Positions 1-12,620 of a stretch of 64,000 bases of DNA are shown piece after piece. The stretch's first letter is position 1; the number at the start of each line of letters is the position of its first letter. This DNA comes from Neoechinorhynchus agilis. Taxonomy: Eukaryota > Animalia > Acanthocephala. The stretch is taken from NCBI GenBank assembly GCA_051530055.1, contig CM121342.1:15391480-15455479 (forward strand), read 5' to 3'. A model generated the notes under the pieces. The model was given only the letters and a program-made list of their open reading frames with translations. It did not search any database and was not told where the DNA came from. The translations under genes were made by a program, and so were the position numbers.

Positions 1-2959
1 GAGGAAGTGGTTTAAGCGATGGACAAAAAGCGAGAGTTTCATTGACCATGGCGATTTACCGAGACGTAGACGTGTATCTTCTTGATGATCCTTTGACTGC
101 AGTTGATTATAAAACAAGAACACATATTTTAAAGCAGTTAGTATTTGCCTTAAATAAATCCAAAAGGCGTTCAATCGAACTCTATGTAGTTGCAATCGAA
201 ATTTCCTAAAAGACAAAACCGTATTATACTGCGCCTCCAAGGTCCTGGATGCCGGTCGTGCCGCCACGGTCGTAACTCTGAAGGACGTAAGTTAGCATAT
301 GATTTCCTGAAAGCATTCAAATCTATTTCTTAGGGTTCGATTGAATTAATGGACGAAGAAAGTGCTTCAAATTATGACGACGATTCTGATTCGCCGCGTA
401 CTCAGCAAGATTCTGACTTCGAACTAATAACTCTGGACAAAGTGGCTCGGCGTTACTCGATGTGTTCACAGAATGAAAGATTCGAAATAGGCGGATTTAT
501 CCTAAAGTCAAGAACGGTAGATGCCGTGGGCTGGATTAAACTTTTGGGAAAACCATTTACACCGAACAAAATTGGAACCGCTACTGCCCCCTTTTTAATT
601 CTGTTTTGGCGCGGATCACATACTTTTCGCATGCTGTCGGAATACTGTCTTTCTCGCTGGCTCTCGGCAGAAACCGAAAATGGCACTCTCTATTTAGGTT
701 CGCTTATTTTGAAAAGATAAGTTTCTTATTTGTTTTTATAGGTTACCTCCTCGGATTTGTAATCTGTGCTGGGTTGGTTCTATTTATCACCATCACCATG
801 ATTGGCTACGATACATTTTACGCTCATTCAAGGAGTTTGGCAAGAGTGATGGGATCGTATTCGTTTATATTCGAGAAAGTACTGCGAGGTTTTTTTGAAG
901 TATTCTGAGAGATAAGATTATGTTCTTTAAAAAGGTGTTACGTTCAATCGATTGTCGTTCGATATCGGCGTTATGCAAAATTTCGTGCCCATTTTAATTT
1001 ATGCTGTAGGACAGGTATAGTACAAATTTTATTAAACCAAATTGCGGTCTGTTATTATTTTAAATTATGGAAACAAACGATAAAACATATTTTGTTTTAG
1101 CGTAAAAGCATTTTCTGCGGGTGAGCCAATTTTATTATTGATACACCCGAGATGAGAGCGCGAATCAGCCATATTGACTTCCTCTTGCCTTTGCCTCTTT
1201 TTTAATTCAAACAGAATCTTCCAAATATTTACTTTAATTTCAGCAAAATCTATTTTTTTGTAAAATGACAACATTTTATTTTAGGGTTGTTCACTAATCT
1301 CCGCATTTATGATCTCCATTTGCTGCATCTGTCCTGTAGCGGTCGCATTCGTACTACCGGCGATTTTAGCTATGGCTTTCCTGGTATACCACCAAATAAA
1401 TCTAATGGCCGCAGGATATCAAATGGAATCTGACAGTAAGACTCCTGTTTGAAAATGCTACGCTCATCTTGAAACATTCATCTTGTAGCTCGAACAAACA
1501 TACTAACCCATTTGATAGCAACCCACCAAGGTCTCGTATCAGTTCGAGCATCTAAAGCTGAAATGATATCAGAGTTCGAGTACACAATTGGTTTGAGATT
1601 GCTTCGATAAATGAGAATCTTTTTTGATCTAATGGTTTTAGATACGAACAATCAACTACGGTACACGCTAATTTTGCTTGATCGAATAGCTCAATTCACT
1701 GTTGATTTCGTTATTCTCTTAGTCATGCTGGTGACTACGAATGTTTTCTTGTACTTCTACAATGGTTAGCTAATTTCAAGCAATTAAAAATTCCGAGTAA
1801 TTAAAAATCGTAAAAGGAACCACTGAGGTCGGACAACTGGCAGTAACATATACAATAGTAGTAGCTGAAATCGCCCGATTGTTTATCCAACAGGCTCAAA
1901 TAAGTATTAATCACGTTCGTAAAAGCATTGCTTCTACAAGAAATAATGTTCTCTATGATTGATAGTTGCTGTCGGCTGCTAGAGTTTTCGATCTTTATGA
2001 TGCTGTTCAAGAACCGAACACTGGATCATGGGATGAAATAGAAAAACCTCCTTATGTTGATAACTCAATAGAATTCATCAACGTCCGTTTCAAGTATTTT
2101 AAGGATCTCCCCTTTGTTCTAAATGGCCTCGATCTAAGGATTATGCCCAGATCCAAGGTTATTATGCGCTAAAGTATTTTCTTGGTATTTTAAACACTGT
2201 AAACAAATAGGTTGCTATTGTTGGACCAACTGGAGCAGGAAAGAGCACCATATTCGGTGCCATATTTAGATTGGGGATTGTAGAAGGAAAGATTATCGTT
2301 GGTGGTATTGACACTGAATCAATGAATCTCAATCAACTAAGACGCGGTATTTCACTCCTTCCACAGGTAGGATAGATTTTTCACAATACAAACTAAATTG
2401 AGCTATTTTTAGGAAGCGGTATTGATGAAGACCAGTATTCGGCTTAATTTGGACCCCTTTCAAGAAAAGTCAGACACTGAGATTTGGGATGTCCTTCAGA
2501 AAGTACATGTGGTTCTTTTTTTACTTTTAAATTCAAGTATAAACTTACAGGTTGGACTGGATAATCGAATTCGGCAATCGAGCATTCAAGATCGAATCGG
2601 AATTCGGAATAAGCGAGCGGCAGTTATTGTGGTTGGTGAAGATACTACTAGAAAAGAAATCAATTGTTCTGATTGACGAGGCCAGTTCCAAAGTCGACCA
2701 GCAAACACAGATTCAGATTCAAGAGATTATAAGTAGGGAGTTGACGGAATGTACGGTCATCAGTGTAATGCACAAGCTCGAAGATGCAATCTACAGCGAT
2801 GTAGTTATGCTTGTGAAAGATGGGGATGTGGTCGAGAGTGGAAAGCCATTAGAGTTGTTGGCGAACGAAAACTCGATCTTCTATCAGATGGCGGCGAGTA
2901 CTGGTGGCAAATATTCTGAGACTACAGAGGTGGATGATGTCGAATATATTGAGTTTTAG
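1..2959 (+). CDS. ABCC/MRP-family ABC transporter, 5'-truncated by the window (end of NBD1, TMD2, NBD2), multi-exon
   Basis: Manual splicing gives [23 protein letters not shown] (NBD1), [10 protein letters not shown] (TMD2 RILNRFSKD-like motif), [13 protein letters not shown] (Walker A), PQEAVL (Q-loop) and [21 protein letters not shown] (NBD2). Introns are GT-AG, about 45-55 nt, plus one of about 270 nt; one junction near 2500-2551 is not cleanly resolved. Stop at 2959. Confidence 0.92.
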
Positions 2960-3774
2960 AAACACGAACAGGGTTAAAGAAATTGAGCACAGCGCTTCAT
3001 ACTTTTAAAAGAACGAAAGTAGTTAAATTTAGAAGAGATACCGCGATAACCTTGAAAAGTTTATTCATTTTTCGTCTTTTTATGGAAGATACAATGCTGA
3101 AGGAGTTATGTCCTATTTTGCTTTAACTGCATATTCGCTGACTCAATGTTGAGTTAACTGGAATAATGAAATTCGTTGGTATTCTTGTAAGGCGCCGCAA
3201 TCAACTTGTGGGTCATATCAATGAACATCAACGTTTTAGACGATTACTATCCCCCACTTGGAGCAGCACCAATCAAGAAAAGTCAAAATAGAAAATGATG
3301 GAAAAGATAGTTTCGATGGTTCATTGTTGAGTGCCTTGGATAGTATGAGCATGTGATTTCTTTAGAAAAAATAAAATAATTCAATTGGCCAGAAATTAAA
3401 TATCAAAACTTGCATAGTTTGTACATTCCGTAGTCTGATCGAAATGGCATCGAAAATCTTTCTAAGGTTCAAAAGGTTCATTATCATTTTTCGCCGACAA
3501 CGCAAAGCCAAGAGGAAACAAAATGCAGCTGAAGGGAGGAAACTCACTGATGAGTCCCACCTCCTCAGGATGTATCTGAGAATCGGGAGGGATGTACAAA
3601 CTCATTAACCGTACGGTTCAGAGTATTAAGTAATTTTATGCGCTTCCTTGACCAACATCGGTGGTCGGTGGGCCCAAGGAAAATGATACAGCCGTGAAAA
3701 AGGCCACACACAGATGCTAATCTACATATCTTTTACATTGCAAGTGCAAAGTAGGCGTAAGCGGAGATTGGTCA

Positions 3775-3960
3775 TTGATTATAGCCAAACTATTAACCGA
3801 TTTACTTAACTCGATGCATATATTTAATAAGATCAACTTGCGCTCAGCCTATCACGAGTTGTCCATAAAGGAAATCGACTTTCCCTTTACAGCACTCGAA
3901 GGAAATGGAAAACTATACCACTTCTGCAGTCATACCTGGACTGGAAGAGCACAACTTTAA
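3775..3960 (+). mobile_element. Degenerate Ty3/gypsy-like reverse transcriptase fragment
   Basis: FNKINLRSAYHELSIKEIDFPFTALEGNGKLYHF resembles the gypsy RT motif F.KIDLRSAYHQI.I...D...TAF....GLYEF. Confidence 0.6.
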
Positions 3961-3973
3961 TCTTGAAAAGGTC

Positions 3974-4474
3974 AGACGAAAAACACGAAGAATCCTCGAA
4001 TTCGAGGCATCCAACGACGACTACGAAATGATTTCCTCGACGACGTTAATGTGGTATTCGTAGATTTCCGATTCAGTGACGTTTCTCCGATCCCAAACTT
4101 TGAATCTTTTAATTTTGAACGAACGAATTTAAATGTGGGTTGTTTACACAATGTAAAAAGTACTCAACGGTGATCCGGAATCGGCGGAAGACAGGCGCAA
4201 GCAACAAATAGGCGAACTTTGAGAGCTTCCGGCGACTGTTTCTCCCGTCAATCTTCACCACCGTATCAACTCCCAGTTTTGCCATTGAACGTTTGGATTT
4301 CCAAGGTCGTGTAGTCTGTTTCGAAATCAAGCGACCTGATCTCAGTAACACTCCAAGGGATGGAAAGCAACAAATAATTGAATTGCTCTCCCATTGAGGA
4401 ACTTAGACGAAAACCACAACGAATCCTCGAATTCGAGTCGTCCAACAACGACTACGAAATGATTTCCTCAACGA
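3974..4474 (+). repeat. Two-copy ~70 bp direct repeat (about 3974-4043 and 4405-4474)
   Basis: AGACGAAAA..GAATCCTCGAATTCGAG..TCCAAC.ACGACTACGAAATGATTTCCTC.ACGA occurs twice, about 430 bp apart. Confidence 0.85.
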
Positions 4475-4757
4475 TTTTAGGACGTTAACGGTGTAGCTTT
4501 TTATATAATAGTGGATCATAACTTTTTGTTACGTTCGCTAAGCGGCAAATTTGATTCTCTATCACTTTAAATAAGAATTAAAAAATTCGTTTTTTAGATT
4601 AGTATTCCTAAAAAAATCCAAAATAAAACTTCGTAATTCCTGTTTTTTCTTTTACTGTTCAAGACATTTATGAACATTGGAAAAACTTACAAAATTGCTC
4701 GTTTGTTAGCTATCGCAGCGACAGTCGAAATACCGAGGACCGACACTGGAAACAAGG

Positions 4758-4991
4758 TCACCAATCGACATTACGCGCAGAGGATCGCAGAATGTGAGAC
4801 CATTGAGCAGCGACTGCATCGCTATTACTTTCCAAAACAGTCGTATGTTTTATTTTATATCCTAGCCCGTAAGGCGGTGATCCTTTGAGTATATAGAGGT
4901 CTATCAATAGAGCGCCACCAGCGAACTGAAGATTGGAATAATAACAAAGCAATGGTATCTGCATGTGCGTCGCTCGGATTTGTATTTTCAT
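4758..4991 (-). mobile_element. Possible degenerate LTR-retrotransposon integrase fragment
   Basis: LGYKIKHTTVLESNSDAVAAQWSHILRS loosely resembles the integrase core G.KH..T..Y.PQSNG.VER; it lies next to the RT fragment. Confidence 0.3.
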
Positions 4992-5729
4992 TATTTGTGG
5001 ATGCTTCTGAAACGGCAGTAGTCTTGATCAAGTCTAGAGCAGTTGTTCTCAACTCGGAGTTGAGAACGTCTGTCACACATCGATCGCAAAATTCACTCAC
5101 ATTTATCAGTCAAAGGTAAGGAGTGCTCTTTAGATTATAAAAGTGCCCAAATCTTGCTCGGTCGATGAATCACAAACTTTGGAACAGTACAGAGGGGGTT
5201 TAATTTTATTTTACCCGAGTTAATATCGTGATTTCGTTTCCTGTATTCGATCTCAGCTCATGATATTATGGAATGTTCTAAACAATTAAATCTGACATGG
5301 TTGAAATTTTTATAAGTTAGTGAGCAAACCAAAAATTCTTTTTTTAACTACTGAAATGCAATTTTTTGATGTTGGGTAGCTCTATTTAAAAGAACAAGCA
5401 TCGGAAATCTAACAGCATAGCGGAGAAAAACATTGAACAAATTTCGATTATGTCTTCTCATCATCGGGGTTATTTTCGGGAAATTTAATCCATTTCGATG
5501 TCTTTTTCCTTGCAATTCGCCCTCGTTCGTCATGCCGCTGAAATAAAAAATTAAGGCGTTAATTGCACTTTTTCTACTTGATTTCTCTATGTCCTGTATG
5601 CATCACATTTTTAATGTGATAAAAAAGGTATTCGGTTTAAAGGAATATCACTTGTGAATTATAGTAGCTCAGGACCGAATATTCGTAAAACATCTCTACT
5701 TTTTTTATAAATTCAACCCTTCTGATAAG

Positions 5730-6311
5730 ATTTGCCTTAAATGCAGCAAAAATGAAGAGCTTTAATCTTCAAATGCGATCTTGCTCAGGCCTGAAATTTA
5801 AACTTATTTAGCGCTTCGTTATGGACTACATAGTTTACAGAACATTATCCAAAGGACTCAGACAAGCTATACGATTTGGAATATTCGGCCTGATCATTTT
5901 GTAAGTCATTATAGCGGCTTTTCGAGATCCGTGTAAATACTTGCAGGGAAGGTGCTAATTTCATTGACGTTGTTCTAAACAAAACGACCCCTCTTGGATT
6001 TACTGTTTCAACTGCTTTGGCCTGTCTCTTCTTCAGGTGCAATGAAGGTATATGGCCCGCGTTAGCATCTTCAATGTTTGGAACACTGTACGGATTCATG
6101 TTGGGGAGCGTCTATTGTCTCATGGCGTATTCGCTCAACCTCACACAACAAGCCAAAAATGTGGAAAGTATAGAGAATTGCCTAAAATGCCATCAAAGGT
6201 TTGTGAGCGGTGCCCTGGTGTTATGGATAACATTGTATTTCTCATGATTTAAGATGTTCTCTTGATTGGTATGATGGCCTTTGTGACAATAATGACGAAC
6301 AAAATAAATGA
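5730..6311 (+). CDS. TIMMDC1-like (Tim17/22/23 family) mitochondrial membrane protein; 5' end unresolved
   Basis: Splicing a 46-nt GTAAGT..TTGCAG intron and intron 6199-6253 gives MDYIVYRTLSKGLRQAIRFG..VVLNK..F..LFFRCNEG..GTLYGFMLG. This matches recalled TIMMDC1 spacing (RGF..GWR.G..V.RNK..F..LFR.N.G..G.L.G..G). Stop TGA at 6309-6311. Confidence 0.55.
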
Positions 6312-7789
6312 AAATCCTGGAAGGGACACACAAAGTAACAACTTAGTCTCGCCGAAAATTTTAACATTATATTTGAAAAAATGTTCTCAGAAAATTTTAT
6401 TAGTCCAATTAGGATTAAGAAGTTATGGGATAATCTTTTCAAAAGGATTATTTTACCTAAGAGGAAGATGGAAATGGAGTATCTATCTGATATACGTTTT
6501 AGCTCAGTACAGAACCCTCATTATCAATAACAGACTACTAAATTTTATAGAGAAAATCGACATAATTTCACCCAAGAAAGAAGTGTTCATTCACTAAAAG
6601 CGATTTTTTTACAATACAGAAAAATCTGATAGACGAAATGAAGGCACATTCAGAAGCTAACTCATATTTTATTGATTTGGATATCATCAACGCTATTTGC
6701 CTTAGTCTCTATTTTTTAATGAAGGATCTTCCAAAACATGGATCTGTGCATCCTTTATTTTACGATGATCGTGAATATCTTGTAACATTTTGAAAATACA
6801 AAGCATGTTAGCCAAAGCACTTCAAACGGAAATTTTAATTAACGAATTAAATGTGGACAATTTTTCGGAGGTATGAAGCAAATTACACCGAGTTTTGGGA
6901 CTAGATTTTCTTGCGGCAAACAGAAGGAAATTTCTCAGCACGCCCTTTAATAGTTTATTCTGAATGGATGAAAAACGTTTTATTGCTTTTTTAAAAACGA
7001 CTACTGCCGGAACACCACTTTTTGACGTGGTCGACCATCGGAGTTACGCTCTGATTTCTTCAGGTGGGTTTTATTAAAAAAACGCTAAACTTATTAAATA
7101 AAAGTATAACCAAGAACGCCCTTAGGTCCTTTCTTATTCGTGCTTTTGTTATAAATATCCTATTTTTGCTAATAAATCATGTACGTGTAAATATTTCAAT
7201 GAATTAGCAATGTTTTTAGATCAAGAAATTCCAAAAAGAAATATTCATCTTAATTTTAAATGTTGAACAGTGAAGATGTCAAAAAGATCAGTCCTGAACA
7301 AGGCACGATTACAAACATTTCGTTATTTTGGTTTTTCCAGGCATGGATACTCTTTTCGTAATTTTTCAAATTGCGGAATGGGTAACGAGGGGAACTAGAG
7401 ATGTGCCAAATACTCAGCCTATTTTTTGTGCCTTACCTTTGTTCACTCATCAAATCAAAAGTACTATGTGACATTAGAAATTATTATGACAATAGACAGG
7501 ATTAATTTTCGTATGCTGTGTCTAATAAATAGACTATTTGCTCGGTTCTAAACATGGTTATTAAAAGAAATTGTGTTTATAAAAAGCCCAATGAAAAGTG
7601 CTGCCTTATGATTTTGGATTTTTGTTATGATCCATTTTATCATACACTCAAACGTATAAAAGAAACTAATTGAACAATTTGATTTTTACCCCCTTCCCAT
7701 CCTCTCAACCTCTTAATTGAACCAAGAGCAATTTGGTTTTGATAAACAAGCTCCTCTACACATCGCGGGCTTTTCACTCTGATATTTCC

Positions 7790-9553
7790 TCAAGAACTTG
7801 TATTCAATTTCTTCTCCTCTGACAAATGCACCTTCTTTTTAACTGTTTCCTCACTTTTTCCATCTTTGTTACCTCGGGTTTCATTCCCTCTAGCCGACTT
7901 AGTGCTTGATGAAGACAAAATGCGAACATTGTCATACTTTTTGGAACGTTGGATACTGCTTTGTGTATTATCGACGAGCTTCTCCATTGTTTGTTGGAGT
8001 CTTTGTGAAACAATAACCAGATAATGATGATATTGGCGGAAATGTCTTCTAATTTGCTTCATTGTTGTTGCAATCAAAAATCTCAACTCAACAGCCACGC
8101 TGTCCACGGTTCGATTCAACTGCTTTATATACTCGTTCGTCATTATGTCAAGTGAATTTTTTATCGTAAGTGTACTCGTTGTTGAATTTACAGTAAAGGC
8201 TTGAGGTGTCGTATCGCTTGTGGTTTCGTTGAAATCTACTCGCTTCATCCTAACACTGGATCGATTGTCCAACTGAGTTTGATTGTCCACTTGTTCAGTC
8301 AAATCACCGCTTACAAGGATGTTATCATATTCAGTCACAGGAACTGTAGTGGTTTGGGCAGCACTTACAATGGTCATGGATTTAATCGCGACTTCCGTCG
8401 ATCCCAACGAAGACTTTTGGCTTGAATTCGCATATCGACTTGTGACTTCATTACTCGTTTTGTTGTCCGACTTAGGCGTTGCTGATTCGGAATGCCGATT
8501 GTTTTCGCTAGATTTCATAGATTCGGAACTCAAAAAAGTTGTTGATCGATGTTCAGTTTTAGGTATAGATTGTGTTGAGTCGGTTTCCTCAATTACCAAG
8601 TTCTCGGTTGAAATACTTGTTTCACTTGTCGCTTTCGACTTTTCTATTGGTTTCGCGGAAGCCGGTTGTGTCGCTGATAATGTTGTATTACTCTTATCTG
8701 TTATGTTAACCTTGTTTGTTTCAGATGAATTGTCTGTTATTAGTTCAGTTTGATTTCCTGGCGCCGGCTGGTCAGAAGCTGACTCAGCTTGACTTTTCGC
8801 TTTAGAGATTTCCGTTGTCGGTTTCGTCTCGTTTTTATTTTTGGGCGTCTCTGTTGTCAACTCGATTTTTTCTTTTGCCGAAGATTCCTCCACATGTAAT
8901 TTACTTTGGGGTTTTAAACTCGCTGTTGTCAACTCTACTTCGTCCGTTGCTGAGGTGGTTCCATTGTTCGTTTTTTCCTTAGTTAAATCCTCAGAAGCAT
9001 TTGATGTTACTGTTGTTTCAGTTTCATTTAACGCAGAGGATTCCTCCGTTGTGGATGTTGTTTCGATATTTTCACTTAATCTGTCCATGGTGAATCCATT
9101 TTCACTTGTCACATCCACTTCAGCAGTTGTCAATTCAGTTTGGTTCGCCGCGTTAGGTGTGCTTAATTCGCTTTTGTTTTTTGGGCTTAGCATCACTGGC
9201 GTTTGCTCCTCGGTATTCGTTTCAATTTCCGTGACCTCAGTTTCGCTTGTCTCCAACACATCATTTTCTAAACCGGCAATTGGCTCTCTGCCACCTTCCT
9301 TTTCTGTTTTCTCCGTGTTATTTGGAATCGAATTTAAAGATTCGCTTGTTTGAACCAAAATCGTATCGCTTAAACCTGAGACCGTTGAATCAGTGGTGAT
9401 AGGACGGTCTTTGAGGCTGATATTGACTACAGATTTATCGTCGATCGACAACGTTATAACGTCCTCATCCACGCTGGCATTGTCTGCTGCAGTCTCAGAC
9501 AAAACAACGAGTCCAAGGAAACAAACAGCCAGGAGTAGGTTTCTTCGGCCCAT
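7790..9553 (-). CDS. Secreted Ser/Thr/Glu-rich mucin-like protein, 587 aa, single exon
   Basis: N-terminal hydrophobic signal peptide (MGRRNLLLAVCFLGLVVLSETAA), long S/T/E/N low-complexity body with many N-x-S/T sites, and an amphipathic helical C-terminal segment. Confidence 0.85.
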   Translation of the reverse strand: MGRRNLLLAVCFLGLVVLSETAADNASVDEDVITLSIDDKSVVNISLKDRPITTDSTVSGLSDTILVQTSESLNSIPNNTEKTEKEGGREPIAGLENDVLETSETEVTEIETNTEEQTPVMLSPKNKSELSTPNAANQTELTTAEVDVTSENGFTMDRLSENIETTSTTEESSALNETETTVTSNASEDLTKEKTNNGTTSATDEVELTTASLKPQSKLHVEESSAKEKIELTTETPKNKNETKPTTEISKAKSQAESASDQPAPGNQTELITDNSSETNKVNITDKSNTTLSATQPASAKPIEKSKATSETSISTENLVIEETDSTQSIPKTEHRSTTFLSSESMKSSENNRHSESATPKSDNKTSNEVTSRYANSSQKSSLGSTEVAIKSMTIVSAAQTTTVPVTEYDNILVSGDLTEQVDNQTQLDNRSSVRMKRVDFNETTSDTTPQAFTVNSTTSTLTIKNSLDIMTNEYIKQLNRTVDSVAVELRFLIATTMKQIRRHFRQYHHYLVIVSQRLQQTMEKLVDNTQSSIQRSKKYDNVRILSSSSTKSARGNETRGNKDGKSEETVKKKVHLSEEKKLNTSS

Positions 9554-9758
9554 GCTACTATTTGGGTTCGTGTGTGTGGCGGTTGTAGTATATAACGAGA
9601 AAAGCTCTTTTTCAGCTTTAGCCTTATCAATGTTTATATATGTTCCCTTTCACAAAAGATTCTCAGTATAAATGCCTATATGCTGCCAAATGCAATATAC
9701 ATTTATCCTCACCTTCACTAAGCACACAAACGCACACCCAAATGTACAACAGCAATAT

Positions 9759-9790
9759 TGGCGGCGGTGGTGGTGGTGGCGGTGGTGGCA
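9759..9790. repeat. (GGC/GGT)n microsatellite upstream of the mucin-like gene
   Basis: ggcggcggtggtggtggtggcggtggtggcag. Confidence 0.7.
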
Positions 9791-12620
9791 GCAACAGAGG
9801 GACCCAGTCTTAGAACAACGAGACAGCAGGTCTTAAGCTAATCAGATATTGTACAAACACTTTGATATAGAAGGCACGTGTCATCCCATATATACACAAG
9901 CGTAAATCTACTATATAGCCTTTTCCCCGGGGGATCCGGGACTTTATGGTCGCCAGATTATTTGCTTTTCATTCTTTAGCAGCACGTTAATCGGACAATT
10001 AAATATCTCGTCTATCCATATATTCGTATACAAAAGATATTCTGCTGTTACTTATGAAATTCTCCAGCACAAACTGGCAGATGGTGCCGGTAATGAGGAA
10101 TCAGCTTGCAGACAATCACACGCCATTGCAATACGCCCTGCTGATCGATGCCATGATCCTTGAGAATTTATCTAAAGAACCTAAAAATCGCAAAAATATC
10201 AATACCAAGCACACAATGAAGAGATAAATCAACTATTTGTCAACACTTATCCTTAATATGTCGAACAAATCATTTTGATATCGGGATAAGAACCGATAAA
10301 GAGATTCTGGTTTCATTAAGTAGCTTCCCTAATGATTCACATGTGAAATAGCCACTTAATTCGAATTCTGAATTATTTTTCCTTCTACGCTGCCTAAACT
10401 CTACCACTATCTCTTATGATTTCCATTAAAAATCGCCCATTGTTTTCAATATTTCTACTATCCCAGATGAATTTCTGGTGTACTTTCTGAAATATTGGAA
10501 TCACAGAGGAGTCTGAATTAGAAGAAAAGTCAGAGGTAGTATTTAAACCCGATAAAGCAACAAACCCTTTATCGTGTTTGCGTAAGATAAACCTTTATTG
10601 TTTTTGTTTATCAAAAAAGTATACGTTCCTACGAACAATGCGCACTTTAGATACTAAAAGGCTAGATATTTAACCTTAAATTTTTCAAAACCATGAAACG
10701 CTTAGTAATTGATAATTCGAAGAAATTCAAGATTCAACTGCAGAAAAGGGGCATTTTAATCGAATGAACCGCGGTCACTGTCCCACTTAAAAGGTCATTG
10801 AAGTATAATCACAAGTTGATATTTGCATTTTCCGAAAATTCATGTTTACTGTGCGTTTAATTGAAAGGTGCACCCTAAAGCCTGAAGCAGTAGTACATAA
10901 AGTTTTCGGTGCACTAAGAGATCATTTAGGCTTCATTAAATGACCGATGAAAATGGCAACCATTTAACCAGAAGCAGTGCTCTTCTCGATAATTTTTGAT
11001 TCCGCTCAAAAAAGGATGAATAAATGAAACTATGCGCGATTTTGTTAATAAAAGTTCGAAAATATGTAGCAAGCTTGGCAAATCGTTGGAACGTGAAAGG
11101 TTTAACAAAAACACAAATTGAGCATCACAGCACAAGAGGTGGCGAAACAAAACTTGTGATTGGTTTATGTAACAATTATTTTTCAAGCATCTTTAAGTAA
11201 TCCAAATGAAATTGGTTGAATTTTTGTGATTAGAATACTTGTAAAATGACGAATTTATGGACGTTTAAAGTGCCGAGCAAAAGAGTTTCGGGATGATTCG
11301 TTTTCACATCGTCTCAAAGTTAAAGTAAATGAATGTTTGAGCTACGAGTGATACGCATATCAATTCAAAGTTCTCAAGTCTTTGGAAGGCAGTTTATACA
11401 CTTCGAAGGAACATGATAAATGCAATTCCCATGAGAAATCACTAATTCCAATTTCCGGTCGGTTATCGGAAGTGCGCCGCCGACTAGAAAATGAATCAAT
11501 AGCACAAAAACCAGTCGAAAAATCGGCACACTTCGTATGGTAAAAATTATTTGAGAATCTTGAATTCCCTATGGACAAATGATCTCATCCGAAAACGCTG
11601 TGATTTTTGCTTTGAGTGTATTCTCAATCAATTGGTTAAAAATTTTTGGACGCTTCAATAGACGTTCATATCGAACTAAAATAAAGTGTAAATATGTTCC
11701 GAATTATTTTTTTATATTTACGAATATGTGTTTTACTTCGGAATTCATAATATGTTATATGAATTAGACCGGGAATGCAGTATTCAAGCAATCATTCGTG
11801 TCGGTGAATAGAAAAATAATATCCGTTATCTGCTGTTTAGAAAATACGATATGGAAGCGAAGACAGTTTAGATTCCGTTCGTGTTAAATTATTTCTAAAA
11901 AAATAAACCGTGAATAATGAAATTTCGAAAAAAATGTTTATAAACTTTCACAAGTAGATAAATTTGCCGCTGAACCGAAGTTCAATTTATATTCCATGAC
12001 AGAATTATTAATTATGGTTGACAATAGCGAGCATTAAAATGCGTTCTTTATTTTTTGCCTCTAACATAGAATGCTTGATTCCGAATAGAAGACGAATTAC
12101 CGTTCGGCATTCTCTTCCAAAATAGCAGCAGACAATTAAGAAGTGTAGTTCCCGTAGTTTCAACCGGATCGACTTCCTCCGCAACTCTTCACTTTGGGCG
12201 CGTTTGCCATCAACATTATAATGGCAGCGCCGATTGCGTCGAATAGTTTAGAATTTAGCGTTGACGATCAGAATAGAAGTATTGTTGTTTTTCAAGTCAC
12301 TGTACCGTCTAAAAGTTTAATTATTGTGTTTTAAAAATGTTTCATCGTATCACGCTTGTTGCCACGATCTTTATTCGCCTGTGTAAATATTTTCGTCGAA
12401 AATTAGTCCAAAATGAGGGAATTATAAGGGTAACATTTAAGACCCATTAGAAAAGGTGTGACCGAGACTGCATTATTTCATTTGGTTAGTTTGCGACGAG
12501 TTAATACGATTTTGGACATTAAACCTATCAGACAAATAGTAAACAGTCTTAGGAATGTCTGCTGCTCCGCATGGGGTTGAAAATGCGAATCCTCGTTAGG
12601 ATCGCCAAATTTCCCTCAAT

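Noticed and set aside
3541-3590. CTGATGAGTCC..GGATGTAT hammerhead look-alike
   Set aside because: The essential GAAA is replaced by GTAT and stems I/III cannot be built.
8283-9671. Several long plus-strand ORFs opposite the mucin-like gene, and those opposite TAF1 (49444-50436)
   Set aside because: Antisense shadows of biased-composition coding sequence.
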